Source: Tubulanus polymorphus
Taxonomy: Eukaryota; Animalia; Nemertea
Assembly: GCF_964204645.1 (NCBI RefSeq)
Contig: NC_134034.1
Coordinates: forward strand, 8,692,962-8,756,961
Direction of reading: 5' to 3'
DNA length: 64,000 nucleotides
Translations under genes and position numbers: made by a program
The notes under the pieces: model-generated
What the model was told of the DNA's origin: nothing
Database searches by the model: none
What the model saw: the letters and a program-made list of their open reading frames with translations, nothing else
Shown: positions 1-12,810 of the stretch, piece after piece
Layout: the number at the start of each line of letters is the position of its first letter
Position numbering within the stretch: the first letter of the stretch is position 1

Positions 1-887
1 AGATGATAGAATCAAGTAAGTATTCTATGATCCTATTTTCATATGAATTTACTGTTAATGTAAGTGTTCTTATTTCAATTAAGTGTTATCAATAAAAGCT
101 CTAATGTATTATAACGTGATTCTTTTTTCCATTTTCATCGGTCTTAAAATCAATCGTTTATAGTTAACTCATTCTCAGGGCCTGTTTATTTTATTAAAGA
201 ACTTCACAATTTTTTTTTGAAGGAGTATACTTTTTGGTTGGATAATCAAGGAATCAGGAAGACTTAAATACATGTAAGACTGAGTTTAAATTCCAAAAAG
301 CATTTTTCCAATGACGTTACAATGGATTTTCCCATGACGTGGCTATTGCGGACTGCCGTTTTATAGTAGTAAATTATATAATTGATTCTCTCACCGACAT
401 GAAATGAAGTCATTCACTATATTAAAACAATTTTGCCAACATATCAAGTATCAGTTTGTGCCATCAATAAATATATTAATGGCAATACATTTCATAAAGT
501 TCAAAAGTTCTGAAAAGTTAATTTGTTACACTAACAATGGTTGTGTCATGTACTAATAAAAATCTAAACAGTGAAACTCTCTTAAGTCAGGATGATCATG
601 ATGTAATCCAGATGAAGACTTACTAAATTTTAGTCCTATAGAAATTGGGACTAAAATATAGTAGATAACATAGATAACATGTGACTTATATGATGATGAC
701 TGAAGCGAGTTTAACTGTATATTATACATACAGATTAAATGATCACTTACTTTGTGTAAATTCAAAGCTGGATTCACACTACCACTAATTCGACCGGTTC
801 AGTTTGGATTGGACCAAATCCCTGAGTGTGCGTTCACATACACGTTGCTAAATTGGTTACAGATTGTAATGACTTGCAGTTTTATAT

Positions 888-954
888 TTGAATAATTGTG
901 ATGATTGCAGTTTATTATATTATATAATATACTGCAATCATCACAATTGTTCAA
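888..954. repeat. Inverted repeat / hairpin (24-bp arms)
   Basis: ttgaataattgtgatgattgcagt (888-911) vs actgcaatcatcacaattgttcaa (931-954): 23/24 complementary around an AT-only spacer. Confidence 0.85.
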
Positions 955-1182
955 TTCAATTGTTTTAAACTCATCACGCTTCGGTCCAGTCCAAGTTGGA
1001 CCGAGCCAAATTTAGACCAGTCTAAATAACTTCGGGTGATCACGCTTTAATGAACTTCAATACATTGCTTGATTAATATGCGAGATGCAAAATGCACTTT
1101 ATTTCATTTCTTTATACTTGCAAGTAGCAATACCTTTTTATTTAAATGTTTAATGTTTTCATTTTGATTTGATTAAGGAAAC

Positions 1183-1790
1183 ATGAAAGCAACTAACATG
1201 AGCAGTAGTGAAGATCTCCAAAATTCTGCCGCCCACTCGTACTCGAATACATCATCAGATGCAGAAAGTTTATCATCATTGTCATCAGATTCATCACATA
1301 TTCTACCTCTGGCAACATCAAGTCCTATCTATCCCACTGTTACATTGAATTCATTTAAAACACCCCTTCAATTTACCCCATTAGTTCAGAAAGTTCATCA
1401 AGAATCTCAAACAGACGTAGAAGAAGGAAAAGTTAATCTACACATATCCCTATTACAGAAACAACTAGAACAAAGAGATAGTCAGCTAGTTAAAATGGAA
1501 TTAGAAATTGAACGATTAAACAATACAATCGTTAAATTGAACCAACAATTGATGAAAAAAAAACAACATATTACTCGAAAAAGACAAGAAAATCGAAATT
1601 GTTCAGGCCGAAAACGAAAGTCTTAATAGCATTAAGTTGCACATGGATTCTGTTTTTGGCGCAACCAATATTATTCAGCTTCCTGATAGCTAAACCATCA
1701 ATGATCCAATCTTTAAAGGTCGATCTTATATCATCCGTGCACACGTCCACTTTCACTAAATTAGACGAACCAATCGTACCATCAATTTCA
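1183..1790 (+). pseudogene. N-terminal fragment of a RAG1/Transib/Chapaev-like transposase (relative of 39211-41720)
   Basis: Coiled coil followed, after a frameshift, by TSTFTKLDEPIVPSISA, which resembles TGTFTKLEMPTISSAYA in ORF 39211; cut off by Maverick sequence at ~1791. Confidence 0.45.
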
Positions 1791-2003
1791 GCCGACAATA
1801 AATATGCATTATAGTTAGATTTTAGAGCGACAGAGGATAACTCATTACATGGTTCTGGAAAGAAATTACAGAACACTAAAGATGGAATACAATTATTCAT
1901 GAAAAAGAAAAAAGGAGACAAAAATTTCAAAATGCACATTTATATTATATCTGATGCGCAATTAAATATTATATATTCTCAATTAGATAGTATTCAATAT
2001 TAG
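1791..2003 (+). pseudogene. C-terminus of Polinton/adintovirus major capsid protein
   Basis: Manual translation DNKYAL*LDFRATEDNSLHGSGKKLQNTKDGIQLFMKKK...MHIYIISDAQLNII; the LHGSG and DAQLNI motifs resemble invertebrate Polinton capsid C-termini; one internal stop. Confidence 0.7.
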
Positions 2004-2033
2004 AAATATTAAGTTAAAATTAACGATATATAA

Positions 2034-3162
2034 ATGGGTGGTAAAAAAACTCCAAATACTAAAGAACAATATTCAAGAAATTTATATTACAACCCTGAGA
2101 GTTCGGTTGCTTATTCTTCTACCAAAAATATATGGCGTCAAGTAAAACAAGATAAATTAGATAAGATAATCCCACAAAATTTAGTTAAATATAAAGATAT
2201 AAATGATTTTATGTTAGAACAGCCAACATATACAACGCATAAAAAAATTGTTAGAAAATATAAAACTCGTAAAACCATGGTAAGTTATGTAGATCAACAG
2301 TGGCAAGGAGATTTAATTGATATGAAAAATGTTAAGAAAGATAATGATGATTATTGGTGGATATTGAATATAATTGATATTTTTAGTCGTTATGTATGGA
2401 GCTTCCCACTTTATAGAAAAGATGCTGTACAAACATCAAATGTTTTAAGAAAATTTCTTTCGGATGATTAATTAAAACCAGAAAAAATACAATTTAATGA
2501 TGGAAAAGAATTTGATAATTCACTTGTTCATGAACTCTTAGATAATCATAATATTATATATTTTTCAACAAAATCGGATAAAAAAGCAGCAGTTGTTGAA
2601 CGATTTAATAGAACATTAAGAACAAGAATGTGCAAATATTTTACAGCAAATAATACTTTTAAATGGATTGATGTTTTACCAAAATTGATAGATGGTTATA
2701 ATAATTCATATCATTCTTCTATCGGGATGAAACCTATCGACGCTAGAAAATATGAAAATGCTGAAATTGTTTGGAATAATTTATATGGAGCATTTCTTGT
2801 AGATGGTTTTGGTGAACCTAAATTCAAAGTTGGTCAAAATGTTAGAATTTTTAAGTATAAAAAGATATTTGACAAAGGATACGATCGTAATTCTACTAGA
2901 GAAATATATAAAATAAAAAAAGGTAATAACAACAAAACCATATGTCTATAAATTAGAAGATTTAGATGGTGCAGAAGTTGATGGGTATTTTTATGAAGAA
3001 GAACTAAGTTTAACTACTGAAAATCTAGAACAAGAATATAAAATTGAAAAAGTATTAAAAACAAGAACTGTTAATAGAAAAAAATATTCTTTAGTAAAAT
3101 GGGTTGGATGGCCAGATAAATTTAATGAATGGATATTATCGAGGAAAATTAAAAATATATAA
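2034..3162 (+). pseudogene. Maverick retroviral-like (rve) integrase with C-terminal chromodomain, frameshifted
   Basis: WQGDLID, IDIFSRYVW, QFNDGKEF, VERFNRTLR, YNNSYHSSIGMKP, FKVGQNVRI, then YKIEKVLK...LVKWVGWPDKFNEWI; frameshifts near 2465 and 2920. Confidence 0.92.
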
Positions 3163-3798
3163 ATGAATAAGGAATTATTTATATTTGAGCCTCATAATAT
3201 GTTAATTTCTGGTGTAACAAATTGTGGAAAAACTTATTTTATATCAAATTTATTAGAACTTATTTATAAAAACTATTTTGATAATATAGTAATAGTATGT
3301 CCAACATATGAATTGAATCAAACTTATGACAGAAATATTACTAGAAATAATAAATTTATTATATTAGATCCTAAAACAGTTCAAGAAAATTTAGATAATT
3401 GTATTAAAATAGCAATTGATATATATAATAGCAATTGATATATATATATATATAAAGGATCTAATACATTATTCATTATAGATGATTGCGCAAATTTACA
3501 TGATTTAAAAGTTAGAGAAAGTGAGTTATGCTATTTAGCTTACTCTGGGAGACATTTTGGGATAACAACATGGGTTTTAAATCAAAAATATAATTCAATT
3601 GTTATAGATTTTAGAGAAAACATTAGATTTTTAGTTTTATTCTACAATAAAGATAGAAAATCGATGAAAAATGCACTTTAGGAAAATGATATTATCCCAC
3701 ATGATTTACATAATGAATATATGGATAAATTGAAAAATAACAAAAGATCAAAATTACTATTTCGATTACAACACCCATTTAAATATGAATTTATTTAA
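3163..3798 (+). pseudogene. A32/FtsK-like genome-packaging ATPase
   Basis: Walker A GVTNCGKT, Walker B FIIDDC, SGRH arginine finger, VLNQ, FRENI; disrupted by a short duplication with (TA)n expansion at ~3410-3455 and a stop near 3680. Confidence 0.88.
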
Positions 3799-3950
3799 AT
3801 TCAACTAGCTTGTTAATCAACAAGATCAAAATCAACAAGAAATAAATAAAAACAATAATATTTCAACTAGCTTGTTAATCTAGTATATTTTCAGTTACAT
3901 TCTAGTTAAATTCTAGTTGCAACAACACAATTAATTTTTTTGTTATATAA

Positions 3951-4484
3951 ATGGGAGGTGAAAAGAATATAAAATATAAAAATAGTGATGTTCCAATTGA
4001 AAAAACTTTAGATGATTTAGGAATAACAGAAACAAAATTAACTCAAGATGATCGTGCTTTAAATGATGTTACAACAAATAATAATTATGAATATTATCTT
4101 TATTGCAAACACCAATTAGAAATATTTATAGCATCTGGAAAATGTAAAACTTTTATTGGTAAAAATTTATCTTATAATGAATTAGATGCAATGAAACCAG
4201 ATCAAATTATTAAATCATTTAAGACTTACGAAACTGCGAGAATAGCTAGAATTAATGATGCGATATCAGAAAATGTAGTAATAGGTTATAGTAAATTATG
4301 TAAATGTATGCTGCCAATTGAAGATGAAAATAGATTATATTCCGATTTAGAAAATGATTATTTAGTTATGACTGAATTTAATAAATGGATTGGATATTCA
4401 TCACTTCAATTAGGTGGATTTATGACATTATTATCAACTGGAGTAATAACATTTTCAAATATTGAAAGTAAAATTTTTCTATAA
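3951..4484 (+). CDS. Maverick hypothetical protein (177 aa, hydrophobic C-terminus)
   Basis: Open ORF, TATAAATG start context, same composition and orientation as neighbouring Maverick genes. Confidence 0.65.
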   Translation: MGGEKNIKYKNSDVPIEKTLDDLGITETKLTQDDRALNDVTTNNNYEYYLYCKHQLEIFIASGKCKTFIGKNLSYNELDAMKPDQIIKSFKTYETARIARINDAISENVVIGYSKLCKCMLPIEDENRLYSDLENDYLVMTEFNKWIGYSSLQLGGFMTLLSTGVITFSNIESKIFL

Positions 4485-4487
4485 TAA

Positions 4488-4856
4488 ATGAGCGAGGTGG
4501 AGGAAGTGAAGCAATTAACTGTGAAGAAAAAACCGAGAACTCAGAAACAAATTGACTGGTCTCGGCAATTAGGAATAAGGTCACTAGAATATAAAAAAGC
4601 TATAAAAGAAAAAATAAATAATAAAGATGTTAATGAAAATGGTGAAAATATTGTTATTTCTACTACTTCTAATAATAGAATATTTGATAAATATTTATAT
4701 TTTACAACTGGATTTGTAATTGTATTCATTTTGATTGGGTGTAGTTGGTATAAGAAATCAAATAAAATTTATGATATTATTAATTCTGAAACTACTGCTA
4801 TTAAAAATGAAAATATTTCTAAAATTCCAAAATTCATAATAGAAAAAATGGATTGA
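4488..4856 (+). CDS. Maverick hypothetical membrane protein (122 aa; basic KKKPRTQKQ patch, one predicted TM helix)
   Basis: TAAATG start 3 nt after the previous stop; hydrophobic segment YLYFTTGFVIVFILIGCSWY. Confidence 0.6.
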   Translation: MSEVEEVKQLTVKKKPRTQKQIDWSRQLGIRSLEYKKAIKEKINNKDVNENGENIVISTTSNNRIFDKYLYFTTGFVIVFILIGCSWYKKSNKIYDIINSETTAIKNENISKIPKFIIEKMD

Positions 4857-5021
4857 TATTTTAGAAAAAAGCAAAAAAAAATTATTTTATTTTTAATTAA
4901 TTAAATATCTCATCACTTTTGTCTGTCGACGCGGAGCAATTGAATTGTCCAGATAACTCATTTCGGATTCTTGATATTCATTATTTCTATTTTTTTTATT
5001 GTTTTATTTTTTTTCTTTTAT

Positions 5022-5198
5022 TTAATCAACAATTTCTAAATCATGATGCCCGTCTTCATTTTTCCCATGATAGATTATTTTAAATCCTTCTAAATCTTTT
5101 AATTCCTCTGTACTCAATAACTTTTTTATTTCAAATTGTTTTTTTGCTGGTCTTATTCTGTTATTTATTGTTGCTAAGAATGCATTTCTATCTCCCAT
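5022..5198 (-). CDS. Small terminal Maverick ORF (58 aa, MGDRNAFL...)
   Basis: ATG overlaps the inner AGTAAT of the 70-bp terminal sequence; AT-rich and Lys-rich. Confidence 0.4.
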   Translation of the reverse strand: MGDRNAFLATINNRIRPAKKQFEIKKLLSTEELKDLEGFKIIYHGKNEDGHHDLEIVD

Positions 5199-5266
5199 TA
5201 CTTGTGGTGATGAGTGATGTGTCGACCTCTCGACCTCTGATCTGAAACCCCACTTTTCCAATTACT
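5197..5266 (-). repeat. Putative Maverick terminal inverted repeat (70 bp)
   Basis: Reverse complement matches 34991-35060 at 63/70 positions; both begin 5'-AGTAATTGGAAAA, consistent with the AG-starting termini of Mavericks. Confidence 0.75.
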
Positions 5267-5639
5267 GGCACCTTTTAACCCGAAACCCTTTCCTTGTGCA
5301 CTGTATACTTATAGTTACTCCCAGCGTTTGTGCACTGTTTACTCCCTACCCTTGAGCACATTCTACTTAAACTTAAACTACTTACCCTAACCTTGTGCAC
5401 ACTCAGTGGACATTGCGCACCTTTCAATCCTAACTCCCTAACCTTGTACTTAGAAATCTTCACTAACCCTAACAAGCTCTTTATTTCTACAGCGGCGCAA
5501 ACATGTTTGCCCCGTTTGCACGCGGCCAAAGACCCACATGCCACAGCATCTCAGAGTCGTTCACAAGCGGGGCCATGCTCGATCCAGGAACTGGAATAGC
5601 AGAACATCAGAAGACGTCGGCAAGAGTCAATACAAGACC

Positions 5640-7530
5640 CTTGCACCATACAACAAATGAAGATCGATAGTTGAATGTAAAAAATGCGGATTTTTCTTCA
5701 GACGGCTGTCAAGCCATACTAAATGTCTATCGAGAGATGACTTTAGGTGCTAGTGACTTTGCTGCTGGAATAGTAATCGAATTATTATGTCTTTCATTTT
5801 TTATGTTTAGAACAGAGCAGTGATTCGGACGTGAAAGATTCAAATTTGGAAGTGGAAAACACTAGTCGGAATACCAAAGATAGAGATGAAAAAAGCAATG
5901 AAGAAGAGAAGGGGGAGAAATGTACTATGTAGGAGAGTGAGATGAGGGAGGAAGGTAGTGAAGAGGAGGGAGAGGAGAAAAAGGAAGAAAATGTTAGGGA
6001 AGGAATTAAGAAAGATGATAATGCGAAAGGGTAAGTCCTACATATTTTACTCATGTGTTTGTTAGTGATGACCTATTTCTTACTTGTTTGATAGATTTTG
6101 ATGATGAATTCCTAAAATGGCTTCTCCCAATGGCTGAGGGGAAGATGTTAGTTGCTAGATTTTTGTAATGGGTTACCAAACCCTTAAAACGTAGTCGATT
6201 GGTTAGAAGCTGAAAAAGAGCGGTAAAACCCTGTGGTCACCGAAGGCCTATATACACACAAGAATCAATTAATCCAATTCATTCGAGATGCGAGTATGAA
6301 TGCATGGACCTCACTCTCATCGGTGGACGTTGTACACAACCTTAAACCCTTCCCTTGTGGACCACCTACTTGGAAAACTTCTCACCCTAGCCCTTCCCTT
6401 GTGCACTGTCTAGTAAGGAAACCAGCATACCCGATATAACAAGAACATATTGATGAAACTTGTCATTTCCAGCGTGGACACAAGAAATCTGGTATTCGTT
6501 GACGCACAGTTAAAGCCCGTCTAGCTACCTACAACCAAAAGCTAAGAAAGGAGTCGAAAGCCGGACAGCACAAAATTCATGACAAGCAGCAAAGTGGGCA
6601 TACATACATACATCGCATGCCATGACTAAGGATAATTTCTTCCTTTAACTTTAACCTTTTTGTAGAACTACTGCTTGACAGTGACGGTTATACCGCACGA
6701 GACTACAGCAAAATACAGCGCCGGTTTCATTCATCTTGACACGGTACCATTTGAATTTCTTCGATCTTTTGCCAATCGATACGCCAAAGAACAGGATAAG
6801 ATATTACCTCAACCGGTCAGTCATTGTATCAATCATTTTACGAAATGAAAGTCAGCAACTAATCTTTCATGATATGTTTTTCACACCGCTACAACAGTAC
6901 GTGAAGAAAACTATCAGCAAAAGTCAGGTGACCCCTACAATCATTCGCAAGTCTATTATGACTACTATGGTGGACAAGAGTCTGGAACTGCGGACCCAAA
7001 TATAATACATGCTGCACAGGGAAAAAACTGCGCAGAGGTTTCACAACCTGATGGATGGTCGTAAGGGTACTGTCGATGTGAGCAAGGCGGTTAAACGGAC
7101 ATTCGAGATAAGCATATTGGCTGTAATAGACACAATTTTGTTTCACCAAGCATAACCAGTCCTTTCTTTTTCTCAGCTCGAGACAGATGTGTTGAAGAAA
7201 GCAATAATCAAATCGGAGGCTGGAACCAGTGCCCCCTGAAAGACACGGGCATAGATGTTGAACCCACCGAAGATGTCGACTGATGTAAAACTGCTACAGG
7301 TATCGAACAAGATAATGTCAGTTCAGACAAAGAACAGAATGTGACCGCCTCTTTGAGTGCAACCGATGTATCAGTGGTAAGTTCACTTTTTATTTGTTTT
7401 CGCCAACCAAGAAAGTTCCAGGATCATTCTTATCTATTTTATTTTGCAGTGTGTTAGAAAGCGAACTAGATATACCACAGATGAGGTGAAGGCGATTCGG
7501 GCAACATTTAAGACATACTTACCCGCATGG
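5640..7530 (+). pseudogene. Crypton-like tyrosine recombinase relic (intron-containing)
   Basis: N-terminal CKKC..RLSSH zinc motif; box II-like TPTIIRKS..TT (6931) followed in frame by *YMLHREKTAQRFH (catalytic Y replaced by H at 7042); later exon KRTRYTTDEVKAIRATF; GT-AG introns. Confidence 0.6.
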
Positions 7531-10500
7531 AAAATTATGATAGTCGCAAAGAAAAACAAAGAAAGAATCGTAATTTTCATCACTTTTCGGTCAGCAAAGG
7601 AGGATTTCTAGCAAAAACAAGGACACATCTGAAAAATGAGGAATTATAACGATTTTGACCCTAAAAAGAAAATCACACATCCAGGATTCCTCATCGGAGT
7701 ACGTGTATATCAGGAATTACTATTGTTTTTTCTTCCTCTAGATCACAAGCATTAAAGAAATGACGATATTAAGAAAAGAAAACCAGATTACTGTTTCAGC
7801 AACCTGATAGCGGTACTTCGAATAGAAATGTAAGTAGTCCTGATGAGAATCAAGAATTGGTCGATTTTCTTATAAGCATTTTATTATATGCCGAGGATTT
7901 ACGATTACTAGCAAATGACGAACAAGAGCTGGAGATACGTTTATCCTGAAATGATCATTCGGAAAAACTAACGTTACAAACCCAATATGGATAGCAAACG
8001 CTGCACAACGAATACCAGTACTTACAAGCGCAATACTGATATTAATCACAGTATCTATACTTACAATTGAAATCATTAAACATCTTGTATACATTCAATC
8101 TCGGGCGTCTCATTTCAACGGCAATTACTTACATTGATTTTCATAGTGCACAACGTATTGTCGCCATGTTATTAAAATATTTCTGCTGGTTACTTGAATG
8201 ACCTTTGTGATGTGATTTTTGTTCAATCAACACCATTTGTATGTGATTTTTTTTCAATCAACACCATATGATTGGAGTCTAAATAAATGCAATTATTAAT
8301 AATCAAAGTCCATGTATTGATATAAAATCTATGAACGCAACTATTTGCAATTCTAAAGTTAAGTTATTAAGTTAAGTCGAGTAAGTTATTTCATACTTAG
8401 TATACTTCGTTTATAAGTCCATGGGCAAATATAGTAAATGGTTGAATTAGTTTCACGTACATTTATAATTTACTAGGATCATTTGCTCCTTAAATCTGCA
8501 CTTTTGGATTTTTACCTCACTTGAAAGGGACTATGTTTGTATATGTAACTGGGGTAGCTCTTTTGCGCTGTGTCAATTGGGTTGATACCCTGGGGAAAAC
8601 GCAATCAACAGGATGAAGAGATTACGTAGTTGTGGTCATGAGGTCAAAACTCTATGTCCAATGAAAAAATCCAGCAACATGCATTCAAATAAAATAACCT
8701 TATTCAATGAATGCAATATAAACACCTTTTTTGCTTTGTGACATTTAGTTCTTCCAATATTTTGGGGTCGCCTATTGCTAATGCTGCACACTAGAACACA
8801 CTATCATAAGGTTTTAGATTGCCATTGTTTTTGCACTCGGATGAGACCATTCTGAAACGACTTCATCACTCGTAGATTGATGTTCAACAAGCCCACCAAA
8901 GTTCCCTAGTAATGCTGGCAGTGAAGCAACCAGTTCTTATCATTACATCTCTACCAAAAAAGAAAGTAGATCCCACCCAGTGGTTCCTATACGCTTAACC
9001 CTTTGAGAAAACCTAGAGTGAATATCACAGTTGATTTAACCTTTTCAATACCACATAGTGTCACTGCTGCAGTACCGGAGGGAATTTAGGGGTTGATAGG
9101 GGTATATTTGAGGCTTCATAGAACAGTTTCCAAGGTATCTGACACAGAAAAATTATATAGAATGTTGTTGATAACTTTTGGGCCAACAAAGTAGACATAA
9201 ATAATTTGGATATAAGTGAACTTGAGGTCAAGGTCACATATTCCAAGATGGCCACCATGAAAAAGTTTCAGATAAACAGCCCTGTCTCCCAGCAAAATAC
9301 ACTGATCTATTCAATTTCAACTGAAATTGTATGCCATATATCCTTTCTTTATGTAGTAAAAATTTCAAAGCAATAGAATAACTAAAAAATTTATTTTCCA
9401 TTCATTTACCAACTTTTCCACCGCTAAGTCGGAAAGCCGGGTGCAAGGGGTTTCATTGGGGTATAATTTCAGGCCTCAGAAAATTGTTACCTATATATTT
9501 GACCCTGATATATTATATACCATGGAGTTGATAACCTTTGGGCATACAAATAAGACAAAATATTTGGATACATGTGACCTTGAGGATGGACAGTTTCTGG
9601 TTCTTCATTATTGTTATTCGTGTCTGTTGCCATGACAACAGTATCAACAGGGTCTAAAAAATTGTCACAGATTTCATTTTCATCATCAAAATCATTGCCG
9701 GCACTACACCTATTTTCTGACTAAGTCTCATCATCTGAGCTGCTGCTGTCATATTCGTTGTCACTCTCAATTTGTCCACTACCAAATTCCAAGTCACCAG
9801 CATCACTGTCAACATCATATACGATCTGCTGAACCGTTTTATCCAGCCAAATTGTTTTTTCCTGGCTTCTGCCATCTTGGGATTATGCAGATGGCAGCAC
9901 CGATTTTTAATTCCATTCCGGGTTTTAAAGTAGGCTATTCTGTATTTTTTATCTATCGCACATAATAATTTATCGGCTCTGTTTCACTTGTATTATATCT
10001 ATATCTTTCTGATTTGTAAAAACTCCTTGATGTCCACCTAAATAGCATCTCCATAAGGTGATGGGTGTAAAGTAATTTCAAATCGTTACCATATCATTTA
10101 GATTTCTTACACTCCCTTCGAGAAAGTCTATTCATGACGATTTAACGGGTCGGCTAATGGACTGCAGAGGAATCAGTCTACAGGAGAATTCTCTTGCCAA
10201 GTGCATGCAGAACCAGTTAATTACCTTGTTTCTATGCTTTGGTACATAAACTCACCATGAGTTAATAACTACAAAGATATCCCAACACATACAATGCAGT
10301 TTTGAAAATACAGAATCACAGTTTATCGTGTTGCTTTATATACTGACATATTGGAATGATGACGTAGAAGTTGATGTATGCCAGAGTCAGGCAGTGAACC
10401 AAGAATTGCAGTTATTAGAAGGAACAAATTTTCGAGGATTTCGCTTATTTCACAAGGCGTTCAATGAAGATATTTATGAGTTTAACACGTGTTATATATT

Positions 10501-12479
10501 TTATGAATGACGCAACTATATTGGTGACGCTGAGCTTAGGTTACTGCTCGCGGTCAGCAGACATGATAACGCAATCATGTTTACACGTCTGGAGTGGCTT
10601 GCGTTGGCAAAAAACCTGAGAACCATCGAAGATCTCAATTCGTTTTCGTGGACAGATACCCTAGACTGTGTAGAAACAAAGGACGTCGCCTAAAAGCACA
10701 CCTCAACGATTCTGTATTAAGATTAGCTATAAAAGTAAATAAACATGTGTTTTGAAAAAAACAGCATTGAGTCTGACAAATCGATGTTCTATTTCAGTGG
10801 AAGGCTTAAAAGAGACATGTTAATCCAGCGATCGGAATGGCATTAGCTTCGCTACTCAATATGCGACATCCGTGGATGTTCAAGTTTATGTAGCAATGCA
10901 TTCCCGCCCAAATGTGTAATAGGTAATAAAACATTAGTTGCAAACTTTGTTTCGTATTAACACTAAAATTAATAATCAAAATCATTTTCACAGCTTTTCA
11001 GAACCTTCAGTTACGTTGGTTAACGTATGGGCTACAACAAACCAGATTAGTGATGACGTATTACAAGAGACACACGTAACGAATTTGAATGAAATGAAAG
11101 TTGCACTAGAAGATTTTTCGCGTAACCGCAAGGCCCTCGCAAAGAATAGATAAGCGGTGCGTAGGCCCTCGCAAAGAATTGATAAAGGGTGAGTGCGAAT
11201 ATTTAGTGAACATTTTTCATACCATTTTCGAAGTTTTACCATAACAATTTCATATTGTATTTTTAGTTGACAAAATCTGACTGGCCACATCGGATGCGGA
11301 GTCGAGCACCGAATCGTCTCCCACAGTTCAGATGAAGAATCGCACTCACCGGCTCCATAAAAATCTGAAACCGATGCTGATGCCAAAAGGTTTTCATTTC
11401 GGAACATTTCGGAATTTATTTGCTTCACAACGCTACCTCTGTCATTCTATCCGCGCTACACCTACTTCAAATGAATTAGATCGATGCAACCCTGCTATTA
11501 GACTTATCAGTACAGACGATCGAGGAAATTCCCTGCACCGAGTCGCTAGTGAACTTGTCGATTTTGTATCGCCGGAAGATTTGAAGGGTCTAATATTCAC
11601 CTATTATCAAACACAAAGAAGAAGATTCTCTTTGTATATGTAAGGAAGGTAAATGTAAATCTCACTTCTACGCAAGATCCTCAATTATTGGTTTTCAATT
11701 CACACTTTTTCTTTTTGTCTCAGAATTAGGAGACGAGGAACCGACAGTCGACTGCGCAAATTGATTTTGCAAAACGTTCCATTTGACATGCATGGATCTT
11801 GACGGGATGATTAGTTGGAGATTGGGATTGTTCCGACGAATGTCACAGGAAACAATACTTATATTGCATCTGTTAGAAAGATCTTGGATCTCGGAGGTGA
11901 TAATGTACGACACTGTACGAGGGTAGCTGGATGCATTTGTGTTGGCATTTCAGCTGATGATATCTCAAATATTATATTTCGCTTTTTGTATTGCAAAAGG
12001 TTTCTTCTACAGCGAGTTTCAATGTATTTGCAGATGGATTCTGGTATTGTTAGGAAAGCTGCCTAAAGGTTTAAGTGAAAGAAAGTGAAAACTTTAAATT
12101 GAATTATTCGAGCGGCGTACTATTCACAGAACTGCAAGGAGAACTTGCCAGGTGAGACGCCACTCGTAAAAACGATGGCCCTGTCATCTGTCTATTTTGG
12201 AAGACAGATACGCTACGATTCTTAACACGCACATTCAGAAATCGGCCAAAAAGGCCCAGTGGCCGCTCACAGCGACAGCTATTTTGTCAGTTGACTCGGC
12301 TGATTTCTAAATTTGCCGTGATATGATATGAAATGATTTATTGATTGACTGGAGAAATACGCTAGTTCGTCTGCCTGCCTTCGAAGAATTCTGCCGAGTG
12401 ATCCTTGTTTATCAATCAATGGGACGCATAGATGATATCAGGTGATTGGTAAGCTCTCTCAGAGTTTGGTGCGGTATCG

Positions 12480-12810
12480 AACATTCGCTACAATCGCCAC
12501 TTTTCTATCCTCCGTTCAATTGTAGCGATGCATAATACATTATTACAATCGTCAACATTGGCGATTCTTCAAAGATGAAATGGCGATTCTAACAATTCTA
12601 TTATCTATTTAATTTTGACGTTACAATTGTAGCGATTGTAACAATTCTACGATTCTATGTGGCGATTCTAACAATTTAAGACCTGTTTACTTATGGACAT
12701 TACAATTGTAACGATTGTAACAATTTTACGATTCTAAGATTCTAACAATTCCATATCTATTTGAAATTCGATTGTAGCGGTTCTAATAACTCTAGGATTG
12801 TATAGACCGT
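12480..12810. repeat. Degenerate low-complexity tandem array
   Basis: Recurrent units acaattgtagcgattgtaacaattctacgattcta / gattctaacaatt. Confidence 0.6.

Larger units (their letters stand above)
1791..5266 (+). mobile_element. Maverick/Polinton (adintovirus-like) fragment, one terminus retained
   Basis: Very AT-rich, intronless, abutting genes for capsid C-terminus, rve integrase, packaging ATPase and ORFs; ends in a 70-bp sequence starting AGTAAT on the - strand. Confidence 0.9.

Noticed and set aside
5275-6439. Short overlapping ORFs with repeated ccttgtgcac / taaccc motifs
   Set aside because: Low-complexity repeat-derived sequence with no recognisable domain
8740-10270. Possible piggyBac remnant (acidic MAEARKK.. 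N-terminus on - at 9875; TTAA-CCC-like ends)
   Set aside because: No catalytic motifs and no convincingly paired TIRs
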